DNA of 64,000 nucleotides from Octopus vulgaris (Eukaryota). The DNA is taken from positions 159,464,001 to 159,528,000 of the forward strand of contig OX597816.1 in assembly GCA_951406725.2 (NCBI GenBank), given 5' to 3'. Made by a program: the position numbers and the translations under genes. Positions 42,527-57,543 of this stretch are shown here, in pieces; the first letter of the stretch is position 1; the number at the start of each line of letters is the position of its first letter. Under the pieces are notes generated by a model. That model had not been told where the DNA came from. It saw nothing but the letters and a program-made list of their open reading frames with translations, and did no database searches.

Positions 42527-43032
42527 AGACTGGCATCCGTGTTAGTGGAGCGCTAAGAGTACCATACAAGTGAGATGAGATCGTTGCCAGAGCTACAAGC
42601 TGGCCTCTGTGCCAATGGCACATTAAAAACACCATTCGAGCGTGATCGTTACCTGCGTCGCCTTACTAGTACTTGTGCTGGTGGCACGTGAAAAAACATT
42701 TGAGCGAGGTCGTTGCCAGTGCTGCTGGACTGGCTTCTGTGCAGGTGGCACATAAAAAGCACCATTTGAGCATGGCCGTTGCCAGTACTGCCTGACTGGC
42801 CTTCTTGCTGGTGGCACGTAAAAGCACCCACTACACTCTTGGAGTGTTTGGCGTTAGGAAGGGCATCCAGCTGTAGAAACTCTGCCAAATCAGATTGGAG
42901 TCTGATGCAGGCATCTGGTTCGCCAGACCTCAGTCATATCATCCAACCCATGCTAGCATGGAAAGCAGACATTAAACGATGGTGATGATGATGATGACGA
43001 TGACAATGATGATGACGACGATGATGATGATG
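42527..43032 (+). mobile_element. SINE family C inserted in a TTAA-CCC MITE (42361-43078)
   Basis: Near-identical to 53068-53530, with internal gtggcacgtaaaagcacc repeats and a (GAT)n tail. The host MITE starts ttaaccctttggcattt at 42361 and resumes at ~43033. Confidence 0.8.
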
Positions 43033-43436
43033 AAAATAAGCATTACATTTGAAAGAGTAATCTGAATGCTAAAAGATTCGCTGGCACTACTCCAGCCTTT
43101 CTTCTTTATGGCTCTTTTACAGTTCATTTTTCTACCTTTTGTGTGTCATATCTTGTACATTATGCATGTTCTTTCAGCTTTCATTGCTGTCTTTCTCTAC
43201 TTGATTACTGTCCTCTCTTTTAACCTTTTTCAACAAATCGTAGTGCTCCTTAGCACTGCATGCAATGAGCTCAGCCAAGAGTAGGGAAAATATTGGTAAG
43301 AATCAATTGATAAAGTATCAAACTTGAATCCTCTGATGTCTCAGTCAGATTTAGCAACATATAAAACTTATCAAATACTGCACCAACATTGATAAACAAA
43401 GATTCTGTTGACTAAGAATGGGCCAGCATCTTAGGC

Positions 43437-43990
43437 GAAGGCAGCGAGCTGGCAGAAGGCAAGCTGGTAGCATCACAGGTGGTGAGCTGGCAGAAACGTT
43501 AGCATGCCGGGCAAAATGCTTAACGGTATTTCGTCTGCCGTTACGTTCTGAGTTCAAATTCTGCCGAGGTTGACTTTGACAAAGGCGGCAAGCTGGCAGA
43601 TATGTTAGCACGCCGGGCAAAATGCGTAGCCGTATTTCGTCTGCCGTTACGTTCTGAGTTCAAATTCCGCCGAGGTCGACTTTGCTTTCATCCTTTCGGG
43701 GTTGATAAATTAAGTACCAGTTACACACTAGGGTCGATGTAATCGACTTAATACCTATGTCTGTCCTTGTTTGTCCCCTCTGTGTTTAGCCCCTTGTGGG
43801 TAATAAAGAAATAGGTATTTCGTCTGCCGCTATGTTCTGAGTTCAAATTCCGCCGAGGTCAACTTTGCCTTTCATCCTTTCAGGGTCGATTAAATAAGTA
43901 CCAGTTACGCACTGGGGTCGATATAATCGACTTAATCTGTTTGTCTGTCCCCTCTGTGTATAGCCCCTTGTGGACAGTAAAGAAATAAGA
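43437..43990 (+). mobile_element. Tandem cluster of SINE family B units
   Basis: Repeated gagctggcagaa heads, three gttctgagttcaaattc cores and two tagccccttgtgg..taaagaaata tails. Confidence 0.85.
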
Positions 43991-45241
43991 ATGGGTCAGC
44001 ATCTAATGCATCAACTAACAAAAAAAGTGGTGCATTAGGCTTCAGGTGAACCGACATGGTGACATCAGCTGGGATGTTCTTCATTTTATAAAAGGAAGCA
44101 AGCTGTTTCATCAAGAATGATAGCTTGGGTTATTTGTTTTGTTTTTGTATGATATCAGAGGATATCTGTGAGGAGTTGCATAAGTTCCACACATTGAGGA
44201 ATAAACAGACAATAAGTCGATATTCCTTTGAGGTAAAATTTTATCACAAACTGATTGTATGGAATCATCTCCATGTTGTTGTGGAGATTATCCAGAAACT
44301 TCATGAAGTTATTTGTTTCAATGCAAAAGTTATCAACCTTAAAGAGAGGGGAGAGAGACACAGGGAGAGAGAGAGGTGGCATTTTTGAATTGGTCTCATA
44401 AAGGTTACCAAGATTAGAGGTACAATTCATTTTCAAGTGTAAATAAAATCATAGCATTTACAGGGGCTACAAAAAGGATTTAACATCAGAAACATTTGGC
44501 TGTTCTTTGTCTTTCCTCCCCTTCTTTTTCTTCCTGTTTTTCTCTTATGCAACGAAAATTAAATTCCTTCCAGTCTGTCATGGTTTTCCCAGCTTCACAC
44601 GTCATCATCATCATCATCGTTGTCAGCATTGATTTCATCGTCATCATCACCACCACCACCACCACAATTTAACGTCCGTTTTTTTCTATGTCAGCATGGG
44701 TTGGACGAATTCAACAGGAGTTTGTGAGCCAGAAGACGGCGCCAAGCTCCAGTATGACTTTGGGCCTGATTTCTATGACTCTGGGCCTGATTTCTATGGC
44801 TGGGTGCTCTTCCTAACGCCACGCACATACTTAAATCGATTTAATAGAAATGTTAATAAAACGGGCAGTAAAAATCAAGCTAAACTAACTTAATTATAAA
44901 GAAAAAAAGTTTATCTTCAAATATGAAACTAAACATGTGCTTGCTTTATTCCACAAACACAAAGCCAATTGTTTTCGTGGAGTGGTGGGGTAAAGTGTAA
45001 AGCCTTAATCGCAGTATGTTTGCCTGTAAGAGAAACAAAAGATAAAATTAGACCTTGGCACGATTCGAACGTAAGTTCAGGTCGCTAACCTTCTTTTTTG
45101 AATGCTCTCCCTTGGATAGTAAAAAAAACTGCAACTCTCGTACAGCTGAATAAGCACGCGCACACAAACACACACGCATGCACACACAAACATACTCTAC
45201 TCGCAGGCACGTACATACGCATGGAAATACGCACACGCGCA

Positions 45242-45276
<35 letters not shown>

Positions 45277-46843
45277 GTACAAATACAAGCGCGCGATTTT
45301 TCTCTAGATATCTTTCAATACGTTCAGAATGTAACATATTTTATTTCACCGACTGACTCATCATCATCCAGCAGGTTTCCTTTCGCGAATTTGCCGAATG
45401 AAGAGAGAAAATAGGAAGCTAAGATCAGAATTTGATTATGTCATCCGTACATTATGATGGTAGAATGTTTGCCTTTCGTGATGGAGACCGGGGAGGGGAG
45501 AGAGAGAGAAAGAGAAAGATAGAAGGTAAGAGAGAGAAGCGAGAGAGAAAGAAAGGAAAGAAAAAGAATGATAGAGAGACAGACAGAAAGGGATGGAAAG
45601 CAAGAGAGAAAGAAAGAGAAAAAGGAGGGGAAGGGAGAGAGAAAAAACAGATGAGATGAAAAAAGATAAAGAGAAAGGTGGAGAGAGAGAGAAACTTAAG
45701 AAGGGAAGAAAAGGATAGAGAGAGATAAAGAGAGAGAGAGTGTGTGTGTGGAACGTATAAAATATTTGAATTAAATACAAATTTCATTTCCTGTCGGCAT
45801 TTTTTTCATGAATAATAAATAAGCGAAACTTTGATGCATTAAATGCAAAATTTAAGGATGGGAAGAATTAGTTGTTTTTATTGAAATAGAGACACGGCTT
45901 ATTGCAACGAGACAATTTCGAGGTATTTTAGATATATTTTGTTTTAATTCCATTTTTTTTTTATAATGTCATCAATATATATTATAGTGTGATGTACCGC
46001 ACGGAAATTCTGTCTATTTTTATACATCACATAGATGTTAGTTTATGCCTTAAAGGTCCTCAGTGTAATCCAATATTTCTATAATTAACTCTTTTTGATT
46101 TGTTCCTTTACTTAGGGATTCAGTCATTCCCGCCAGCACCTAGTCAAGGTAGGAACTGTTGCTGCTGCCGTAATTATCTGCTTTGGAGAATCTAGCATTT
46201 AATGTGATATTCTTGAAACAAGGGAACACCAGTATTCCCTGGTACCATGTTTAATAAAAGGAATGTACTTGACCTTTTTTTTTAAACCATTATTGTATTT
46301 TATTTTTCCATTTTAAAATCATTTTCACAAGTTTGCTTCCGCACATAGTGTTCTCTAGCAAATATTAAGAGAATTTCCGATTTAGTTCTGATGAAAGTCT
46401 TGTTTATATAAACTACGATATATAATAAAATAAAAGATTCTATCAATATTTCATTTTTGTCACAATTGCCACTTTCCGATCTATTCTAAATTTAAAACTA
46501 TACGCTTATCTAAAAACGAATCCTCACATTATGCAGAATCGTTCTCTTAAATCTTCCCATTTACTATTTAATGATTCTTTATTCCTAACTCTAAGTAGGT
46601 TTTTTTTTCTCCAGTTTTTCAGCTCTAGCTTTTCCGCCCCCTCCCCCACCACTATCTCTTTCATATTATTTTCTTCCTTTTCACTTTCTTTTCTTCCTGT
46701 CTCAATCCTATATTTTGGATGTTTTCTCTTTATTCCTTTTCTCTCTTTCCGATAAATTCTCTCTGCACAACCAATGGTTTTCTTCTTTTCTTCATCTTTT
46801 TATTCTATTTGCTCTTTTTATTTGCACTCATTCTTCCTGTATT

Positions 46844-46892
<49 letters not shown>

Positions 46893-49800
46893 CCATCTCA
46901 TTCTCTCACACACTTTTCTTCTTTTTCTATCTCGTCTTTCTTCCACGAGATTTTCTCTTTCCTTTTTTTTTTATACATTATATTCACTCCTGCTTCTCTG
47001 TGATTGTATCGTTCCTTTGCTTCCTCCTACATCCCTTGTGTTTCTTCTTGTAGCGACCCTCACGCAACCAGGTGATGTTTTGTTATTCACTGTTTTTTCT
47101 AGTTTCTCTCTTTCTTCCTTTTTTCCACTTGTGAGATAGCTCGCAGACTTGCTACATAAGCGGAACTCAAAGCTCTATTTGAAACTGTCAAAACAGGGAC
47201 TGGCAGACCTGCTCGTTGTGTTTGTCGAACGATCTTTCAACCGAATAAGATATAGATTTGCCGTATCTCGATTCCGTCAGGTTACATCACATCCTATGTT
47301 AATTTCCTTAATTTTATCCCTGAAACATTTCTCCTTCAATTACAGATATGGACTGTATCTTATTTCAAAACAAAACACTACTTCTCCAACACATTTTAAC
47401 TCAATCCTTATTTTATACGAACGATGTAACTGGAAAGTGTTGCTTTCCACTCGACAATTTATTGTATCTTATATTATTATACTTGGGAATGGTTATATTT
47501 TGTCGATTAAACACACGCACTATATATTTCGTCTTCATTTCAGCTTTATTATTATTTTAGGTTCTTTGTTCAAGCTCTTTCCTCACACATCCTGTGACCT
47601 CTTCAGCGACTCTGTCCCACGTGTCTCTTGTTCTGTTTATTTTATTTTGTCTTTCTGTGGTATGTATCCCGACCTGCGCATGCGTTTGTGTCTGTATCAG
47701 TATGTGTGTGTGTGTGTGTCTGCGCTTAGTATCTGTTTTGTGTGTGTGTGTATGGGTACTACACTGTGTGTACCCGTGTCTTTTATTCATTTATTTATTT
47801 TTCTTTCTCATTCTGTCTTTAGTATGTGTATGTACGTCTTGTGTGTATGTATATGGGATTATGTATTATACTGTTTGTATTTGTCCTTTTTTTTCTTCAT
47901 TCTGTCATTAGTCGTCAGGTTGCGTAGTGTGGTGGAGAGGTGGTGGTGGTGAGAGGCGTTATTGCATTCATGTTTGCTGTTGAAGCTCGGTCTGTCTGTT
48001 ACTATGTGTATAACCTCTATAATCTGTCTGAGTGTCGCGTCTGTTTTATGTGTCGATAATACCTTAACATCTATGTTATTAACCAAACTTCCGTGTTTTA
48101 ATTGACCATGCTGGTAAAGCAGTGACGAACTTTCCCCTACTTGAATTCCCGCCAGTGTTTACTTATCCGCTCACCTATGCTACGTGTTGTCTCCCCATTG
48201 TATGTTGTCCTTTATCTGCACCGTCCCTCAGTACATCTTATACTATAAACTACATTCCTAGTTTTATCATTCATCCGTGGGTTTATCCTACGTACTGTTC
48301 AGTTACTACCCGTACAGAGGGTTCTTGCAAATAGAAATGTCCTACAGGTCAGGGATTTTATGGGTGGCCCTGGCTTTTCTACTACTCTAATCTGTAGATT
48401 CATCTTATCTTTTATTGTATCGTTCATGCGTATACTTATACGAACTTTTGGAAGTCAATACGTGCTGTTTAGTTACATTTTATTTAATATATCACATAAG
48501 CCGATAGAGGTCTACATGCCAGGCTAGTACGTAGAAAATAAAGACAACTTTGTGTGTGTGTGTATCTCGCAACTATAGGTCTATTGTTCGCACTTTCTTC
48601 CCACACCTCCTACCAGTAACTACATATGTGTCTTTTTTTTTTACCACCACCATCCTCTTTTTTAGTCCAGTTACCTCCATTGCAAATTCAGATGGACAAT
48701 AGCGAGAAAATTGCTTAGGATGTCTTAACACACACACACGGCACTACTGCAACATCCTAAAATTATTATCTGTCCCACTCAGCCTGGACAACACATGGAA
48801 CAAATACGCACAGAAATGGCTGCAACATCAATAGCCTCCGCCTTTCCCCATCCTCCAGCACTATAATGAGATCCGTATATCATTAACAATAAATGCAGAC
48901 GGAACAGCAACTACTATACTGTGGCCAAGTTCACATTGACCATTCCCGCTGTGTTCAACACTAGAGTCTATGGATACACAGAAATAGACTGGACAGAAGA
49001 GACAGTACAATGTCTCCGGACCGTGACACTGCACCACACATGAGTCATCACTACAGGTCACAGTGTGTCGTGACGTCCTCAGTTAGCCAAAGGTTTACTA
49101 TCACCGAGAAGGTAGATTCGTGGTTTGCGCTTCGTCATTAGATTATCTGCACGCCATAGCATTGATCGGTCACAGCTGACCTGGGGCGACTACAACAAAA
49201 GCAGCTTTTATTGCTTGTTATGAGTTTGCAGCACCGAAAACCATTTTTCGACTTAAAGAGAAGGGGAAAGCTTCCTTGCAGTCGTACGACCGGCAACAAT
49301 ACAACTAGATTTCCTAAAAATCACTCTTCCAAATAGAAGTACAATACATTGATCAGTGTAGACACTAAATATTAAAACGACGAGATGGTCGCGCCTAGAG
49401 CTGCTTTGATCGCAAGCATACTCACTCAGGACTGACTTGGGGCTAAGCTCAAGATCGTGGGCTTCAATAATAACGAAGCAGACGACAACGATGACGATTT
49501 TTACGCAAATGCATTTAAGCAGAACTAAATAAATAGCAGCATGGGCTTTCCATAACGAAATTCCACCGTGACATTTTCGCTCATGAATCAATGGAACTTG
49601 CCTTCATTTCCTCCTTATAATGCATTCCTCACACATTCCGTATCATTTAGCTTCTTTGATATGATATTCAATCTCTCTCACTCCCCGTCTCTCTCTCCAC
49701 ACATATATATGTACACAAGCACAAGTATGTATGTATGTATGTATGTATGTACGTACGTACGTCTGTATGTATGTATGTACATACGTCTGTACGTATGTAC

Positions 49801-50725
49801 GTACGTATGTACGTATGTACGTACGTCTGTATGTATGCATGTATGTATGTATACATGTGTGCGCGGGCGTCTGCAAATGTGTGTATACATACACATGTTT
49901 ACACACATGTACGTGTATATAATATATATAGCCACCAACATAACTACGAAACATTCCGTTACCGTTCGAATATCTTGCATATCTATCTGTTTGTCTGTCT
50001 GTCTCTGTGTATTTATCTATCTATCTATTTATCTGTTTATCTGTCTGTCTATCTATCTATCTGTCTGCCTGTCTAGCTATCTATCTGTCTAATGACAGGC
50101 AGGCAGATAGATATCAGCGGAATCGACCTCAATCTTTAAGTAGCACTTATCCTTTTATCAAATCTGGTAATGGAATGAAAGACTTGCAAAAACACCAACA
50201 AATCTTCATGGAATTTGATGACGAAACCGAAGAATTTGAATTTCGCCTCAATTTATCTTGTCTAAATTTAACTATCAGCAGGGCTTTCAGATTTTAAAAA
50301 GGAAATGCGATGCCGTAACATTAGTGTCTTTCTTCAAAGACCCTTAGCAATGTCAGTGAAATGAAACAGCTGCAGCCGGTAAGTGAAACCTGAGCAGAAT
50401 CGGCTCGCCGGGGCACCATGGTTCCTCTTACACAACGGCACTCACGGATTGTCTTAAGATATTGAAGAATTTAATGTAGTTATTTACAAGTGCTTTATTC
50501 TTATGCCTCGCATGAAGCATGAATTTTTCCCTCCTCTTTTTCAACACGCCCGCGCGTGCACACCTATCCCACTCCCTCTTTCTCTTTTCTCACCTTCTCT
50601 CTCCTTCCCTTTCTCTCTCGATAGATAGACAAATTGACGTGCAGACAGGCAAAAGACCGACACGCAGGCAGACAGACAAACCGACATGCATGCAGAGACA
50701 AACCGACAGACAGACAGACAGACAT

Positions 50726-50800
<75 letters not shown>

Positions 50801-51515
50801 TGACTCTCCATAAAGATATGTATGTGTGTGTTTATACAGAAAGGTAGTGGTGTGTTTGTGTGTGTGTGTGTTTATACAAAAAGGCAATTCACAAAGACAG
50901 AATATGGTTTTTATTTTCAGAAAAAGTGGGGAGAGCGGCTACGCACATACTTGCCGAATCATTTGATTACAATTTATATATGCTTCTTATATCAGTAACA
51001 TCAATTTCGAAAAAAACGATAAAAAAAAAATACTCATCAACAGGCAAACAATTTCCTATCACACTGACAGACGATAAATAGCAACAATAAAAATTGAAAA
51101 AAAAATTCAATGGAAAATACCGACAAATCCTTTCATACTAAGAGAGAAGGAGAGTGACAGACAGGGGGAGAAAGAGAGAGAAACTCTGTGTGTGTGTGTG
51201 TGTGATAGCCAAAGGCAAACGTTAGTTCCACAAGCGAACGGTTTCCTTTCCATTAATGGAACATCACTTAGAAATTTCAAAAATGTGTGTGTAAACAGAG
51301 AGGTTATCCAAGTAATGACATTTTCTCAGAATGTAATGAAAAATAGACGATGGCAGCAGAGTAAGAGAACTCAGGCTTTATCCGGCTGACGGCACTTGGT
51401 TTGTAAAGTTATACGGAAGCTAGTGTATGTGTATGTGTGTGTGTGTGTGTGTGTATGTGTGTGTGTATGCGTGGTGTACAGGTGAGCGAATAGAAGATGA
51501 TATAGAAGATGGATG

Positions 51516-51566
<51 letters not shown>

Positions 51567-52974
51567 AGGGTGAAAATGAAAGTACATGAGACGTAGAAAT
51601 TATACTGAGTGAGGGAGAGAGAAAGTGCACGCCTGTGTTCTACCAATGTAAGAAATACGAAAACGCGAAAGAAGCAAACTAATGGAGAAAATTAGGAAAA
51701 AGGGATGAGAAAATAAAGAAAAACTCTATAGATGTCTGGATGTATGTACGCACATATACACTCACTCACACACACGCACACACTTTCATACATACGCGTG
51801 TGTGTGTGTCTATATATCTGTCTTAATTTCTTTTTTTCTCACCTTCTCTGCAGATAGATAGCTAGACTAACCAACATGCAGGCAGGCAGACAGACAGACA
51901 AACGGATACATGCTTGCATTCTCTTATATATATATATATTTCTTTATTCTTTTACTTGTTTCAGTAATTTGACTGCGGTAGAAGCTGCAAAGTGACTCAA
52001 GGGTCGAGAGTTTCGACCATGCAACTTATTAATAAGTGCCATACACGAAACTCTTAGGACATGTGTTGCTGTGTAACTTTCCCGATTAAGAAAACACGTT
52101 TATAATACACACACATACACACGCACGCACACACATATGTATATACATACACATGAGATATATATATATACATATATACACACACATGATATACATACAT
52201 ACATATTGCATTATGTACGAATATATGTATGTATTGAAGAATTGTTATTTTAAATGAAATTACATAAGCTTAAGCAAGCCTTTGAACTCTATATCATTCA
52301 ATATATATATCCAAATTTCTATCAAGTAATAAGCATAGTTTGTCCTCTAATTTTCTTTTGGTATTAGAAATATTTGAATAATTTACAGAACGTATATCCA
52401 AGAGCAGAGCGAAACAGTAGAATTCGCTTGTCTTGTAATTATGACATTATAAATCATATAATCTTTACACATGTTTCACTGGTGAACACGTGTGTTATTT
52501 AGTAATCGTTATGTAGACGTTTGTATAATCACATTGGAACGCCAGATCCTCAGAAGATAGTAATGTAATACATTATTATTTACCAACATCATTTGGATAA
52601 CAGTTCTACATAAGAACTATGTATAAGCTTAAGAGAATATTCTTTATATGAAGAAAGAGGGATAACGGTCCTGCAGATGTCTAAGGGAAATAAGGAAGAC
52701 CAACTACCTAAGCTATCCCAGATTGAAGAAAATTCTTAGCAATAACAAGTGATTTCTGCTCTCGCTACTAGTGAAAACAGATTGGAATTTGGTTAGCAGA
52801 AAACAACTGTACGTACCTAGCTCATGCATGTCCATATACGTATATATAACTGTCTTTATTTATACTTATTCGCATGTTATATATCGGTACGTGCAAGATT
52901 ACAATCTAGATATGTACGAAAGGTAGTATAAGTTCAAATAGACACTGAGACTATAACCTTGTAGCCCATTCCAG

Positions 52975-53530
52975 GGGTGTAACCAGCCCATTTATGCGTA
53001 CCTTTCCTTCAGTAGGCACTAAACTCTGCTTGCGAAGACCTGTTGAGACAAGTGAAATCAAATTCGATGACTGGCATCCGTGCTAGTGGAGTGCTAAGAG
53101 TACCATACGAGCGTGATCGTCGCCAGAGCTACAAGCTGGCCTCCGTGCCGGTGGCACGTAAAAAACACCATTCGAGCGTGATCGTTACTTGCATCGCCTT
53201 ACTGGCACTTGGACTGGTGGCACGCGAAAAAACATTCGAGCGAGGTCGTTGCCAGTACCGCTGGACTGGCTCCTGTGCAGGTGGCACATAAAAAGTGCCA
53301 TTTGAGCGTGGCCGTTTCCAGTACCGCCAGACTGGCCCTCGTGCCGGTGGCACGTAAAAGCACCCACTACACTCACGGAGTGGTTGGCGTTAGGAAGGGC
53401 ATCAAGCTGTAGAAAGTCTGCCAGATCAGATTGGAATCTGGTGCAGCCATCTGGTTCGGCAGATCTCAGTCAAATCGTCCAACCCATGCTAGCATGGAAA
53501 GTGGACGTTAAACGATGATGATGATGATGC
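52975..53530 (+). mobile_element. SINE family C
   Basis: Matches 42527-43032; (GAT)n tail. Confidence 0.8.
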
Positions 53531-53929
53531 ATCATACAGTTCATATCTATATCTTTATACAAAGCAATCATTTACACATGCATCCAATTCGAGTAGGAAA
53601 AGATTGAACCTACCATCAATCCCATTTTAAATATAATTTTAGGATTTGGTCATTAATTTATATATTTGAAATCAGTTTTATTCTTAGTCATATATCGGTC
53701 TAGTAAATTAGGTAATAGGATAAGTGTTTAAAATACTAGTAAAGAAATTTACAAGTATATGTATTTTATATATAGTAAGGATAAAGTAATTTTATACCAC
53801 CGTTATTTGAACCTATGTTTAAATGGTAGAGTTACTTTGAGTCAACTGATAGAATGTACTCGACAATTATATTATTTTGTTTGTGTAGAATTATTTTTAT
53901 AGTTTAGACGATTTCAAAATTTTGTGTTT

Positions 53930-54960
53930 GCAAGAGAAAATGCAAAATTGTTTTAGATTAATAATTCATTGTAACCTAATAAAATTCGCCGCGCTTCAGT
54001 AGAGCATAAGTTGTCTTCTTTCATTTTTACAGTGTTAGAAATAACTCTTGCTATGATGCCCCTGTGTAATTTGTATTTTGTTTTCATTGAGTTAAGATTA
54101 AAAATGTACTTAGCTAGTCAAATTGAATTACATCATATTTTGTTCTTAAAAGTGTGTACAGGTAAGTTGTAACGACATTTAAAAGAATTAGAAATAGATC
54201 CTAAGTAATAACGGATATCATTTGCTGTAATGATACCACAACAGTTATTTCTAAGAGGACATATGGAAGCTGTTGTACAGTTACAATTATTTTGTAATGC
54301 TGCCTCGTGTTCATATGGGTCTGAAATTTTGTTTTTCATTTGTTTCTAATTTATTAAGAATATCATCGCTGCTACTTATGTTATTTTCTTGTTCACGTCT
54401 TATTTTAAATTCTTTATTAGATTTACTAATATTACTACATATATGAGCAATTTGCAAACAGCTTGAATCCAGATGTATTAGATTCATTTTACTGTTTTTA
54501 GGATAAGAATTACTGAGGTTGATTTCTTTCGGTATTTTGTTAAATAAGTGTACCAAATTATCTTTTACATTGTTCGTCGATTACGTTACCCTCAAATTGG
54601 TCCACGGTTTCCTCTGCCGATGTCTCGTCAACTAGGATCACTACGCACCACTGCTAGCAGCACACGACTTACCTCGCCTGCAGACTCCATAAAAAGATGC
54701 CAACTTGAACTTGTCACTCGCCGACGTGACGTCATCTCGTCCCTTTCTGGTCCCTTCGCGACGTTTTTCTTTCTCCCTTCGGATCAATTATCCTTCCACC
54801 ACAACAGATAAGTCTGAGAGGTCATGATATTTTTATTATACGTATTCATTTTACAAGCGTTAGCGTATTCAGTAATATCTGCAATATTTAGTATTGTAGA
54901 ATAAGAGAATTTAACAGTGCGCTTGTTAACTATGTACCTTGTTTGAAGTGACTTCAATCT
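53930..54960 (-). pseudogene. Decayed Penelope-like element, GIY-YIG endonuclease region
   Basis: NKRTVKFSYSTILNIADI (cf. 'NRNTVKVSYSCMPN') and CNCTTASICPLRNNC...YYLGSISNSFKCRYNL..HTFK, the cysteine motif preceding the PLE GIY-YIG domain. Confidence 0.7.
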
Positions 54961-57056
54961 ACTCAACCCTACTTTTTTTTCTTACTGTTTTCCAAAAATT
55001 TGGCGATGTGGATTCCACATATAAAAATACAGAAATTGCGGTCAGAAAAAATAATAAAGAAATAGAATCTTTTTCTTTTTTCAGAATTTCACCCTTTTTA
55101 GAGCCGATTGCTTACAGTAATGTTCCACTTCATTTTATGATCACAAAGCGAAAGAATACCAAATCATTTTGTTAAACACCCTTTATTTAAAAAGAGACTT
55201 TTTTGTTGTTGCCAAAAACTGATTTCGAAGCGATATAGTTTCAATAAATTACTCTTTTTCCAAAGCATCTTTGATGGTTAAAAAAAAAAGACATAAAATA
55301 AAGATGACAAAATAATTTGTCATAAGTTTATAAATTTCTGAGAGAGATGATTGACATTTTCAACTGAAAGTAACCTGGCAAAATTGTTCCGTTCGTTTTT
55401 AATGTCACCAAAACTAATTCTCAGCCGATATGCTTTCACACATGACTTTTATAATAAATGGGAAACAACGTGATTTAGGTTAGGTTATAGTGCTGAAATT
55501 TCTCAGAAGTAATGCCAAGTTGGCACTTAGTCATCCGTGTTTTATATCTTTTATTTTTTTACTTGTTTTCCAGTTATTGGCCTGCAGCCTTACTGGAGCA
55601 TCAAATTAAAGGGTTAAGTCAAACAATTCGACCTCCAGTAATTACTTTCTTGGACTATTATACATACTCTATTGTTATCTTTGGGCAAACTGCTAAGTTC
55701 TGGGACGTAACCAAATCAATGCTGGTTATCGAACGGTAGTGGCGAACAAAAACAAACAGTAACACACACACACACACCACAATGTCCTTTTTCGGAGTAA
55801 GTTCCTTTTTGTAACGATAAGAAAATACTAATTGTTTACTTTGATGTTGTTACTTACAGTAACAAGCAAGTGCCGGTGTAATGGACGGACTCTGCTAATC
55901 TTTCACTCCTACTGATTGCTATTGATTCTCAGGCAACATTGACTCCGCCGGATTAAGTACCAGGTTTTAAAGAAATAAGTGCTGCAGTCGATTCGTTCGA
56001 GTAAAATTCTTCAAAGTCGAACCCCAGCATGGCCGCAAACTAATGACTAAAACAAGTAAAAGTAAATGAAAAAATACATACATACATACATGCATGCATA
56101 CATGCATACATACATACATACATACGTGCGTACGTACATACGTATGTATGTAGATTCTCTAACAAGGGATTAGTCAGCCTGGGGCTATAGTAGATGACGC
56201 CTGCCAATGTGCCGCGAGGAAAATTTTGAACTCGAAGCCACGTGATTGCAAGTGAAATTCTCAATCATGCAGCGATGAACTAAGTGCGAAAGAAATCTCC
56301 CACTAGAAGTCAGGGGTTACAGATAGACAAAAACTCAATGATGAACCAACGAAGGGGTCTCTAAATGGTTTTTCGACCGGTTAAAAATTGCTGTCAAATA
56401 ACCCATAAATTACATTTTACCATCTTGGAAACGGAGGGTCAGAGTTCAAGCAGTTTAATATTTCATACACATAAGAACGTGATGGTCACGGCTGGAATAT
56501 CTTTAATCATAGGTTTGTTCAGTCAAGGCTGATCTGGAGCTAAAACAAGAAACTCAATGGCATGCAGAAGAAAGAACCAGACATTATTTGATTTTACTAA
56601 AATCTCTAAAGATTTGGACTTTAACCGAGAAGAAAGAGTTTCTTAATTAATGTCGACGGATGAATACGAGACGTCTGATAATTTTTGTAGACCAACAAAA
56701 TGTTTATTGTTATTAATATATAAACCAACCAAAGGCAGGTAAGATATAGAACAGTAAGGCTCTTGTAGGTAGTAAAGAAATTGGTAAGATATAGAACAGA
56801 AATAGCTGTTAGAATTACTTAGATGAAAATATATGTTATGAAACTTAATAGATGTACTTGAAACGGAATTAGATGAAATTAAGGCTATATTTAACATTTA
56901 TGATGTCTATACAAATGCAGGACGGCGCTAGCTGTTGTATTTTCTATCAGCGAAATTACTCAAAGGATTGAAGCATTCGTCACTGTGGAAACCAAATGAG
57001 GTCGCAACACGATCTGACGAATCACCGATAAGCCAACTCTGTGTTTTTAATTCACA

Positions 57057-57405
57057 ATGCATGGCTGCGTGGTTAAGAAGCTCGCTTCGTAACCGCGTGG
57101 TTTCGGGTACAGTCCGCTGTGTGGCACCTTGGGCTAGTATCTTCTTTGGTCGCCTTGGTAGATTGAGACAACGTGGAAACCCGTCTCATATATGCGTGTA
57201 TCACTGGGTTTATGTTTGTCCCCCACCCATACCGCTTGACGACCGGTGTTAGTTTATTTACGTCTCTGTAACTTAGTGGTCCTACCAAAGAGACTGATAG
57301 AACGAGTACCAGTCTTTAGAATAAGTATTGGAGTCGATTTGTTCGTCCAAACCCTTCAAAGCGGTGCCCCAGCAGAGCCACAGTTCAATCACTGTACAGG
57401 AGAAA
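57057..57405 (+). mobile_element. SINE family A, diverged
   Basis: Head tggctgcgtggttaagaagc; tail gcggtgccccagc. Confidence 0.7.
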
Positions 57406-57459
57406 AGAAGTCTGTGAGACGAAATATTTCAGGCAGTGCCGTTCTACGTTTGTAGATGA

Positions 57460-57543
<84 letters not shown>

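Noticed and set aside
45050-45095. tRNA-like B-box (gttcgaatc) on the minus strand
   Set aside because: No complete cloverleaf or A-box could be built; at most a SINE-head relic.
45432-47952. Hydrophobic or charged ORFs including the 267-aa 47149-47952 ORF
   Set aside because: Derived from low-complexity GA/CT/GT tracts with non-ATG starts and no domain motifs.
49253-49591. 112-aa minus-strand ORF with a hydrophobic stretch
   Set aside because: TTG start, no recognisable domain and no supported downstream coding exon; kept only as part of the speculative UTR-exon finding.
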